Assembly (NCBI GenBank): GCA_011109175.1
Contig: RDEW01000043.1
Span: 310,001 to 374,000, forward strand
Source: Dicyema japonicum
Taxonomy: Eukaryota > Animalia > Dicyemida
Direction of reading: 5' to 3'
DNA: 64,000 nucleotides
The notes beneath the pieces are model-generated. The model was not told the origin of the DNA, did not search any database, and was given only the letters and a program-made list of their open reading frames with translations. Shown one piece after another: positions 53,521 to 64,000 of the stretch (its first letter is position 1; each line of letters begins with the position of its first letter). Position numbers and translations under genes: made by a program.

Positions 53521-54229
53521 AAATTCAGTCACAAAAATGATGCACATTAGAGTAATCAAGACTTGCGGGAACTCAAGTCAAATTGGGAGTTAATCCTCAC
53601 TTTTTGACTATACTCGTTCTGGATCATCTCCATGCTGATATATTTAAACTTAATGTGAAATTTTAAATTTCAAATTTTCAAACCCATAGGGGAGGACACC
53701 TAAGGGATTCCGGGTCCAAATCGCTTTCCTTACGTGTTAAAAAGATAAGTGATTAAGGAAATTTCCATAAAATTCTAAGAGAAATGTGATTTTGGCTACG
53801 AGAGCTTGTTAATTTATAAAACTTTGTATGTTTGGAAAAAATTTGTTATCCATTATATCAATTTATGAATTTTGCGGTTAACTGGAAACCACAAAATAAC
53901 GAAATTACCAAATTTGTTACATAAAATCGTTAAGTTAAAGGCTGAAAATCTGTCAATTTTGTTCAAAACTGATGTGCATTAGAATTTTTGTTTTTAAGTT
54001 TGCTTAAAATAGAAATAACTGATTTCATCAAATTCGACATTTGAGTTCTTTTTCGGAGTTTTTGATCTGCTACCTTTCTATTGTTAAAATTGTCATTTCC
54101 TAATCTTACAATAATTAAAGATTTTAGTTGATCTCTAATCATCCAGAAACTCACTAAAAGCGCAGTTCTAAAAATCATGACAAAAATCGTCACAACGCAA
54201 CCACCATTAAACACGATTTCTCTAATGGG

Positions 54230-54515
54230 AATTTGCTCAAGTCATCGTTGCGCACGGTTTCAGGAGCGAATACTGCTGAAGATTTGAAAAAGAGGAAGTA
54301 CCAAGGTATCGTGGACCGGTTCGTTTTCCAGTCGATCTCTGTTGAGACGTCTGCCGTTATTGGCCCGAGTTTGTCTGACTTTATCAGGTTAATCGGACGG
54401 CTGCGAGGAAACTGAAAGGTGAACCTAGAATTACGTAATGGCTTTTCCAGAACACTGGGCTCTCAATTATGAGAAGTGACTCCCATTTTGTGCTCAATGC
54501 TTGCAGATCATAATG
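54230..54515 (+). mobile_element. CRE-like RLE C-terminal fragment
   Basis: AEDLKKRKYQ..RFVF..ISVETS..G..F..IG parallels the C-terminus of the 9025-11716 element. Confidence 0.7.
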
Positions 54516-54679
54516 TAGACCTGTCATAACAACTTTTATTAATTTTTAGTCACATATAATAAATATCATTTTAAGTCGTTTTTTGTTTCGTTTAATCAGA
54601 TTATCTGCAGATCTGTGTCGGATTATCTGTAGATAATCAGTTGTAGAATGTTTGGTTAATCGGATCATTATAGGATCTG

Positions 54680-55480
54680 GGGATAATAATAATAATAACA
54701 CCAGAGATCACGGTCACACAAACTAACTAATCACGTGATCCCAGCACGCTCTAGCAGGGACCTCATCTTGGCCCGATGCTCCTCTCTCGAATCCACACAA
54801 GCACGTATCGGTTGATTGCCTGAACCTTCGCAGTCACGACGGCGAGTTCCATAATTCACTCGTATCAGATCTTCAAGAGGCATTGGTGGCTGGAACTCTC
54901 TAGAAATCCAGCGTTCCGTGATTTTGGAGGCTCTTTTTCGTCTAGCCTCGATCTTCAAGACATTCGTCCAAGAGATGAATGGGCCCATATACCACATGCA
55001 TAAGAGAATCATGGTTCAATGAATTGTTTATATACAGTGCTCAAAACAAAATGCTTTTCGATTTTCCATAAGCCTGTGAGGCATTTCAGAACATTAGTTT
55101 TCTTTTCGCATTTCGTAATTACGTTTTCACAATGGGGCGAGAATGACAATTGCATGTCAAAAGTCACCCCAAGGATCCTTTGGGATTTTCTGAAAGGAAT
55201 AGCTTCATTGTTTGCCTTCAGTTCGACCGTCCGTCTTCCCAGTCTCTTGTCTGAAGTAAATAGGTCTGAAGTAAATAGGTTGTGACGGGCTGTTAGGCGA
55301 TTCTTCGATAGCCATTCGTCAAGACGGTCCAGGTTTTCTTGCAATTTCGAAGTGGCAATTTGGATGTCCCTGATCGCGTGACGCAATGACGATGTCGTCG
55401 CATAAGTTAAAATAATATCATTTTCGGAGTCTGGAGTGGGGAAGTCCGCCACGAATAGGTTGAATAAAACTGGAGACAAA
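54680..55480 (-). mobile_element. 5'-truncated LINE RT and 3' end
   Basis: SPVLFNLFVAD, RILGVTFD..LSF..H, VYKQFIEP, ends LLERAGIT* followed by hairpin and (TTA)n. Possible GGGATA TSD (54680-54685 / 55481-55486). Confidence 0.88.
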
Positions 55481-57245
55481 GGGATAGTAAGTTATTAAAA
55501 ATTCGAAATTTTTATGGAACTTTTAGAACAATTTTCCGGGTTTTTTCACAATCATTACATGCAGCTAAACAAAGAATCACATAAATTATAGTTCTATATG
55601 TAACCCTCGGATGATCCCGGTCATCAATCTCTTTCATCCTCCTCTGTTAACACAAGACTTTCTGCATAATTCTTGCAACATTTAAATTATTTTGAATCGA
55701 TAAATTGTTATGAAATTAAAACCTCAGTTTTGTGATTCCAGATTGCAACGTTCCAATCGCTCTCGTAGGTACATTAGCACCATTTTGCGAGGACTGAAAC
55801 AATGTTGTGAATCGAATTTCTTTGGATTGGAAATTTTCGATGGTCCCTTTTTAAAGTGGCGATTTAAATTCAAACAAATAAGTTTTTGTCGGATGTCGTT
55901 TCGATCAAACTCAATATGAATTGGCAAATTCTCGCTTTTTCCAAAAAGTATAAAATCACAAAACCAATTATGAAGAGTTCAAGTAATGATAAATCTGACA
56001 GGTCTAATAACTAAAATATGTTATTTTTTTAAATTTAGACCTTTATTGTTGGACGTTAATTTTAAGTTATTTTCGGGATTTCCCAGCCAATTAAATATTC
56101 TCACAAAGTGGGTTATTAATTTATATGCTCTAAGTCCCTTCAAGAACTAGGTGTTAAGAGAAAAGTAACTGCCAAATGGTCGATCCTAGAGATCAATCAA
56201 ATAGATCAATGCTTCGGGTATGTTATTTAATAATCACATACTACTTTTTGTAAAAAATGAATAAATAATTAAAATCATTGATAAATAGTCATTTACAGCA
56301 AAGTACTTGAAAACATGAAAAGCAAAAAAAAAATTAGAGTTAGGAGACCGCAGCTATGACTACCTGACTGTTCCTTCTCTGGGCTGGAAAGCATTATTAT
56401 TTTCAATTATCATTAAAATTGCCGCGATAGTGTTATATTGAAATTCCATCTTGATAGTCATAAACTTATTCTATAGACTTAATAGTTATTAGATGTTCCA
56501 ATTTGAAGTTGTCCTGAGACTTACAAGTGGACCTTTAAGTTAGAAATGATTTAAATTTCCAAAGTAATAAAACTAGAGATTATAACAAAACCTGGTAGTC
56601 TCTTACCATTATTCTTTAAAAAGTACAGTGATTCCTCGGAATAGAATAATAAAAATCCTGGGAATATTTTATGAAAGACCATTTGCCGATAAAATTTCAG
56701 AAAGTATCGAATGAAACAATCGCGTTTTGAAAGTGCTCTTTGTTGAACGGATGTGTTTTTCTGATAGGATGGATCTAGTGATCTTCACCAGAGTGGATAC
56801 ATGGATAAATGTAAAAATTTATCCGAACTTTCAATTTTACAGGCATCCATGTAATGGAAAAATTGTGGTTAAAACCACATGGCTTAATTTTTTATTACTA
56901 TAAATAATATTATATTCATAAATTGTACTTTCCAGGTATACCTGGGTATACATTTCTTTGGGATGACTTGTCATGTAGTTCGCCTATCTAAGACACTAAA
57001 GATACAATCAGTGACTTTTTATATTCCACAGATTGTCCCTGAGCTTGATAATAGTAGCTGATATTGAACAATCGATGAGAGTCGGCTAGTTGATTCTAAC
57101 TGTCAAATATACAAAATTAAACTTCGCATATATAATTTGAATTTAATCGATGACCCAATTCATATCGCCGTTATTTGGCATTATAAAAAAATAAATGCGA
57201 TGATTTAAGGCCAGTTATGTTTGACGGTCGCAAACTACTTGAGTA

Positions 57246-58225
57246 ATGTCTTGGAATAAAAAAAACAGAGTAAAAATCACAAACATTTACGTCGGAAATT
57301 TGGATCCAAGCTTCACAGATCAAAGACTGTATACTTTGGGATTAAAGTATCTTTTTCGTTACATAATCACTTATTGCGGTTTATTAAGTTTCTTCATCAT
57401 TTTGTTATTTGTAAGCATAATTTTATTCAGATATGGGAGAATTTCTTCTGCAAAAGTCATCATAGAAAAGAATTCCAACCTTTGCAAGGGTATTTTAAAA
57501 AATATTTCAGGGTTTGGATTCATTGATTATGTTGATGAAAACTCGGCTAGAAAAGCAATCAAAGAACTCGGGAAGTTGGGATACATTTCGGAAAAAGCTC
57601 AGGCATTAAATATTTGAATATTAATAGAAGCAAGAAAAGGATGAAACAAATCTATATTTTTCAAAAATACCCATCAATTTTGACACACAAGACTTAAAGG
57701 ATATGCTAAAGAGGAGAGGAAATGTACTCTCTGCAAGAATTCTACATGACGAAAATGGTATAAGCAAAGGTGTGGGACTCGTCAGAATGAGTTCTGCCAG
57801 TGAATGTGCCAAAGTCATAGAAGAATTCAACGGAAGAATAATTAAAGACGGTGAATCCCCAATAATAGTGAAATTTGCTGATAAGAATAAAGCAAAGATA
57901 AACGTAAATGTTCAATTAATCTCCAGATAAGCAATTACGGACCAATTGTGTACCCTCTAAGTCATCCTATTAACTATTATAATGAGTTTTATCAATTTTA
58001 TTTACCCCAAAGTCCAATCATTGAAAATACGCCTCAACCGGTATTAATTTATTACCATTAACTTTTGAGAAGATCGGAAGTTCCTTGACAAAAAGTAAAT
58101 CACTTGATGATAGAAACCAAGCATATTTTGTATTCATTTTGTGTTCATTATAGGGCTGTTACTGTTACAATTGTCTACCATATTATTACTACATGGATCC
58201 ATACAACAATAGCTTTGATGGCTGA
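57246..58225 (+). CDS. RBMS1: RBMS/MSSP/Alan-shepard-like two-RRM RNA-binding protein; 3' exons tentative
   Basis: TNIYVGNL..TDQ.L..YG.I.S.KVI.EK..N.CKGFGFIDY, KQEKDETNLYF..IP, V.S.RIL.D.NG.SKGVG..RM.S..EC..VI..FNG..VKFAD. Confidence 0.85.
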
Positions 58226-58489
58226 CCTTAATTTATTTAAAATTTACTGATTATAATTAAAATAAACCTAACATACATTATATGTCTCTCTATGAAGTCA
58301 AACATTATTCGAAATATTTCAAATTTAGAAGTAACAAAGGTAAGAAAATTTTTAGCCAGTTTAATGTGGTTTTTGTTAAAGTGATTAAATTATTTTTAAA
58401 TATCCAGACAGTTATAGATGTTGGATATAATTTAGTTTGCAATGGACTTAACTCGAAATCCATTTGGTTTACCCGTAAACTGAATGGTT

Positions 58490-58750
58490 AATTGACCGGA
58501 AAGTTGAAGTGGTGACGTACCTTTATTACAAGAAATGTTTACTTAGCTTTATGATGGATGAAAGCCAATGTCTTCTTTCTCCTTGGCATGACAAAGTGAC
58601 GGACTCATGAGAAATTGGAAACTCAAAGTTCTGAACAGAGAAATTGCACGTTGGATCTTGGTTTGAATCTTGTGCAGTCAAAAATTGAAAGAACTTGGAG
58701 AATCACCTGCCAGAGACTTCAAGTATAGGATGATAGTTAACATTGCTAAT
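58490..58750 (+). mobile_element. SINE family C copy
   Basis: gtggtgacgtacctttatt..gatggatga..ggactca..gttctgaacag..ggtttgaatc..gaacttggag. Confidence 0.65.
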
Positions 58751-58954
58751 ATTAGGAATCAGTAATGAAATGTTTTTTAATAATATTATTTAAAGTTTCT
58801 GGGTAATTAATATTTAGTTATATAGGATATAGGTGTGTGTTTCCTCTCATGAATTTGAAATAAAAATGACTGATTTTATCCAAAATGCAGGAATGTCCTT
58901 TCATGAAGGATTTTATACATTGATACCGGCTTAGTATAATTTTTAAAGGAGAAA

Positions 58955-59135
58955 TTGAGTAAATGGTCATATAGCGATCACCCTGACTTCGTGGCTATTC
59001 CCTCTCAGGATGACGAGCGAGATTTGCTCAAATAGCTAGAATCGCTCAAGGGGGTCTCCTGATCGTGTAGAAATTCGATTCCCTAGACGACTCAGGAATT
59101 CCAGCGTCGCGGGCGGAAGGGAACCAGACGTCTTA
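58955..59135 (-). mobile_element. CRE-like RLE C-terminal relic
   Basis: Minus frame TSG.L..ATLEFLSRLG.R...SGDP.E...LF..ISL.I.RGN. Confidence 0.7.
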
Positions 59136-60179
59136 TTATAATATTCAAAGAAGTCAAATTTTTATGAATCTTATATTATTGGAATGTGTTTGTTTGAATG
59201 ATAATGAGGTCAAGAAATATGATTTAAAAAAAGTTTGTGTAAGGAAGAAATATAAATCATTTGATGTTGTTATTAGTGGATTACGCAACATCCTAAGCAT
59301 CCCTAATAAGTATTTAGATGTTGTCGTCGATATCAAGGTTGGAAGTCTTTGGGTACGTTTTCGTCGCAATTCTGAAAATATATGCTAAGATTACATATCA
59401 GATTGTCAAAAAGATAACTTTAACATCAAAGGGCATAACCTAGTTTACACGAACTTGCATGGAGTTTTCTAGATCATCTGAATTAAATTTTGATAATCAA
59501 ATTGACACCAATAGTAAGATAAAAAAGTGCAGAACCTTATCAATCAAAGCAATAGCAGATAACCTCAATTCGACAATTTGCAAGGTCACTGGTTTGTGAT
59601 AGTGACAATATTCGAATTTATTATTGACTCTGAACCTTCAATTAAGGTAAGGAAAACAGTCGTGGAATTTATGTCACAAAATTTTGCAAGGCAGGCTCAT
59701 TATCTCAACAACTGGTTATTTAAGCAACTGATGTCTTACCTCAATATTAACTGGTTTCTCTCCGTTTAAGACATCCTCAGATTATAGGCTATTTTAGAAT
59801 CTTTAAAGTTTACCATTGAATAGTTGGATACTTGAAGATCAGTCAAGAAGAGTCCGATGATTGTTGAAAGGTGAATTACTTAATTCTTAGAGATTTAGGG
59901 GTAAAACTGATTAATATTTCCTTGCTGTCTGATTTTTCGGAGAGTGTCTAGATCTGAGATTTTTTTCATACTCATTTGCATAACCTTCTTATTTTTCAGT
60001 ACGCTAGATAGGGTTATCTGAAATTATCCTTGATGTATAGAAGAGCATTGAAAGTGAACCTCCAATATAATTGAAGGTTGGATTCCTAATCAGTAACTAT
60101 TAAATCGGCAAAGTTTTATTTAAGCAGAGAACACTTCGGTAAAGACATGACATTTCTACGAGATTTGAGACAGAACCTC

Positions 60180-60505
60180 ACTTATACTGCTCTTTACGAA
60201 GAACCATATTAGCTATAGCTCCTCCCAGACAAGACACACACTTTATTTTAAGTTAAGAACAGTTATCAAAAGTAATCTTAGAGGGAGAACCAAGGAATGC
60301 TCTTCACTTCTATTTCTTATGTTGGGTGTGAGTCCTTTTGTAGACGATCCGGTTTCGCAGTGAGATGTTCACTGATGACGGCGTCATTCGTCACCAAAGC
60401 ATCGTATATATGTGGAACCTTCAGCTGGAACGTCTAGCAGCGAGATTCGAACTAGGAGCCATTAGGCTTTTTATCCGACACTCGCTACACTGCGGCACAT
60501 AGAAC
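60180..60505 (-). mobile_element. tRNA-derived SINE family A, full-length copy
   Basis: Reverse complement: tRNA-like head with gttcgaatctcgctgct, twin hairpins, tail gtaaagagcagtataag. Confidence 0.78.
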
Positions 60506-60689
60506 CTAACTGTAATGGGAATTGCCGTAGAAAACTAAAATTACTGTGATTCATCTGGCCTTACAATATATTAGAATACTAATATTTACTACCATAATTA
60601 AATCATTTAATATTAATATTATACTAATATTGACGTTCCTCTATTCCACTAAATTTCTACTTTGCTTCTTTGACCACGGACTGGGTAAT

Positions 60690-60860
60690 AAACTCAAGAG
60701 ACATCAGAAATCCGAGCATTGAACAACGGAAGTGTCAGATGCAGGAAGGACCCGGATACGAATTTTGTCTAGTCTGAACTTGAAAAAACTCGGGAGATCA
60801 TCTATCAGAAGTTATACGTAGAGGATGATAGTTGACATGATACCTGTTTGTCTGAGAACT
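60690..60860 (+). mobile_element. SINE family C partial copy
   Basis: actcaagag..gaacaac..gtcagatgcaggaaggacccggatacgaat..aaaaactcgg..gatgatagttga. Confidence 0.55.
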
Positions 60861-60914
60861 TGAATTATATGTGATTATTATTAAAAAGCACTCCTGAGAA
60901 AACATAAAGTTAAT

Positions 60915-61290
60915 TAAGTCTCCCTTCTGGCATTTTCCTAATCATCCTCTCTGTCAGCTTCGACCATGATACTCAGTTGCGCGCTAGTTCTCTTAGGTTG
61001 ACCAGGTCATCCTCGAAGTTAGTCTTATACCAACCGCTGATAGGTCTTCATTCAAGATAGCCGGAAGTGTCGTTCTTGGTCTTTCACGAAATCCGGCCCC
61101 TGTGTGTGCGAAAGTAGTTGTCGATTGCGGCATTTGAAGGGACCTGGTCATTTACAAGTAACACGTGGCCAAAGAGGCTCCATCTTGATTGAGTTTGCAT
61201 TTATTATAAATGTTTGTATTAGAGATCTTCATAAGCCAGTTAATCTTGATTACCGATTTGAGCTGAGCTCTGGAAGAATTATGTGAACGC
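60915..61290 (-). mobile_element. RTE-like C-terminal fragment
   Basis: W.LFGHVL, GFRERPRTTLP.IL.ED; same family as 48640-49330. Confidence 0.7.
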
Positions 61291-61394
61291 GTCATTATTA
61301 TCGATTAATAAGAAAAATCTAGAATTAATAACTAACTAATGGTCACCCTGTTCTTTAAAACTTGTTGATGTTCCTCCAATTAGAGCCAGGCATG

Positions 61395-61710
61395 CTCCAA
61401 ACCCGCGTGGTGCTTGATTGAAGATTTCTATTTACTCCTTCTGTTTCTCTTTTCCCTTTTCAAATAGAGTGACTTCATGTGATCCGCCTGTCTCATGTGA
61501 ATCCCAGTGCCAGGGTGGCATGCAAAAGGATCTTTTTATCTCCCCAACTCCACTGGCCGGGTTCCCACAACTGCAAGAATGGACGTCTTTTACTTTTTAT
61601 AGTGGTTCTTGATGGACTTGTATGACATTGGAAGGACTCTGTTTCTGTGAAACTGGATACACTTAATTTGTTGTTAACTTCTCAGTGTACTCGGGGTTAA
61701 CAATAATAAT
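61395..61710 (+). mobile_element. SINE family B near-full copy
   Basis: Core plus ggatacact..agtgtactc hairpin plus aataataat. Confidence 0.7.
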
Positions 61711-62259
61711 GTTTTTTTTCAATTAGAGACAGACATGATCCAAACTCAGGCATTAGTGCATCCGAAACTCCCTTATTCTGAAAATTAATTCCTTTAAGAC
61801 TGGAATATTTACAAAAAACTGATCGTATTTAGATGCCAACGTTGTGGGTTCAAAAGCGGCACAAAGTTGGAAAGACGGTAATCCTCTGCTTTGAGGCTGG
61901 AAAATGTGATTATAAATAAAATTCGCCGCAGTCTTGTAACTAAGTAAGTAAAATAATTTCGTATGGCGCCATTTTTTACGAAAAAATATGATTACGGGAG
62001 CGACAACTTTTCTTGGAAATAGATGATGTTGTCACCATCAAAATCTACATCCAAATTATTCATTCCCGACAGAAGCTACAAAGACAAATCCGAGCTCTTT
62101 TGATTAGATATTTTTATTTTTGACAAAAAATCCTAAAATTTAAATTTATAAAAGAAAATTAGCGTGATCCGTCATCTTATTTCTGGTATGCCAAACTCCA
62201 AGCTCGACTGTTTGCAAATTTCTCTACAATCGTGACTACGGAGTACTGCGATTTTGTTA

Positions 62260-63720
62260 AAGCTTGAAAATCTTTCTCAAAATTGAAAATAAACCTCCCC
62301 TCCATCCGAATGACAATAGTAACATTTACATCTCTCCTGTAATATCATGCTATCGTGGCTGCTGTCCAGAACTCGGCCACTTTACCAGATTGGAAAAAGT
62401 CCTAATTTGTGGCGACATGAACACAGAGTCCCCTTCAGCAAAAACCAACAACTGGACCAAAGTGGATCCCTAATATTAGACACCATTTAAGACTTATTAA
62501 TCCTGAATGACCAGAATAAATACACAAGAACCCCATCCAGAAGTTGTGACTCTCCAACTTCACCAGATCTCTTTCTTCTGCCTCGTCTATTGCTTCTACG
62601 ATCACGTGAGACTTTATTGATGAATTAAAACGGATCACAATCCAATACTCTTAAGAGTCATGGGAGAACGCAAGATGGCTAGAACCCGTAATACCTACAT
62701 CATCTTCTCACTTGCGAATAGAGAATTTTCCCTCAATCAAAGTGGCCGTCGGATTTATTAATGAAGTGATTTTGGAAGCCCTCAAAAATTTATTCCTATG
62801 GGGCGAATCAATCTGCTTCGGATAAATTTGACATTGAAACGAAGGCCCTCGTTGAAAAAAAGAAACAGACTAAAGAAAGCTGTAGATAGAACAACAGACC
62901 TGATTTCAGAAATCTCGAAATTATATAACGAAATAACCAAGAGGGTTACAAGTCTAAATAAAGCAAAATGGGAGCGACCTTGGTAGCCATCAACAAAAAC
63001 ACAAAGACATCGTCCCTATGGAGAACAGCGCAGAAACTCAATAATATTTCCTTCCAGCAAACACCAGGAATAAATCCTGACACACTTATGAAATTCTATT
63101 TAAGTATATGCCACAAGCTTTACTTGAAAATGGAAAGTCAACAGAAACACAAAATGAAGAAATATCCATATATTGAATATTTTACACGGTGGCACAATGC
63201 AACGAGTGCAGAGCAAGAGGCCTGATGACCCCCCTAATTCGAATCCTCTTGTTGTACATTTCGATTAAGATTCCACCATCTAAGATGCTTTAGCTTGACG
63301 AGTGGAAAAAACTAATTCTTCAGAAGATTGCTCCATCGTTAGAGCTTCCCGCATTAGACTTCCACAAATCTAACGAAATTGACTCAATTCATCTCGGATG
63401 GACTGAATTATTCAAAACCACGTGAAAGAACTGTATTATTCCCTCTGGATCAAAAATCAAAAATACGATATCTCCCAACGGGGTCCCTCAAAGATCCCAC
63501 TAGAAAAACCTCTCAATCCTTGGAGTCACATTCGACTCTCTAATGACGTTCACTCGTCATGTGGAGACATTAGTTCGTTCCTCTCTCTCACCATGAATTA
63601 TTATAAAAACAATATATTCTACCATCGAACGTGCATGTGTGACGTGTACTAAACCCGTGTCAATATCGACACAAAACAAACTACAATTCATAGTCTTCCA
63701 AATCTAGTCTGAAATACTCG
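62260..63720 (+). mobile_element. Degenerate APE-RT LINE with internal deletions
   Basis: VLICGDMN (APE), WE..VA.INKNT.TS.LWR..KL, later RT fragments. Confidence 0.7.
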
Positions 63721-64000
63721 GAAAATTTTCGACGCCCACCTAACTTTATCCACCTTATTTACTTGGTTGATGATTATTATGAAAGATATGAGATTAATGG
63801 CTCTCCTGTTGAGAATCCGGATTCGGGAGTCTTGTATCAATTTCCTTTATGCTAAGTAGTCCTTGAACCACTGCGCTTACGTTAACATTGTTTTCTCTAT
63901 TGGGTTTATTCGTAGATAGATCCAAAGGAAGTGTTCCACTGTTATCAGTAGAAACAGCATGCTCATCCCCACAAGAAATGTATCTATAAAACGACTTGAC

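Noticed and set aside
58950-59135. GC-rich foldable stretch resembling SRP, RNase P or U3 RNA (GAATAGCCAC, CTGA)
   Set aside because: The minus frame encodes a CRE endonuclease C-terminus (ETSG/FL..LG/GDP/RGN pattern), and the diagnostic ncRNA helices are absent.
12880-60400. Hammerhead ribozymes at CTGATGA in SINE A and family D
   Set aside because: No stem II followed by GAAA and no stem III/NUH arrangement.

Overview
AT-rich eukaryotic nuclear DNA. It holds eight compact multi-exon genes: AFG2A/SPATA5, NASP, TOPBP1, a divergent calmodulin-like gene, RBM19, NAA30, a stand-alone Schlafen/AlbA-2 gene and an RBMS/shep-like RRM gene. Most introns are GT-AG micro-introns of about 20-30 nt, which suggests (inference) a dicyemid-type animal genome. 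Intergenic DNA is a transposon graveyard: many APE-RT LINE fragments, RTE-like and CRE-like (RLE) fragments, an internally deleted piggyBac carrying a nested CRE element, and at least three SINE-like families plus one LTR-like repeat. No CRISPR array, rRNA or bona fide tRNA was seen. Highlights: (1) a stop-containing 24-nt intron that could switch AFG2A between a soluble and a tail-anchored membrane form; (2) a 3' stem-loop plus (TAA)n tail shared by a LINE family and a SINE family; (3) covarying hairpins in SINE bodies; (4) recurrent frameshifts in essential genes, most likely assembly indels. All calls come from reading by eye with no database searches, so repeat boundaries are approximate.
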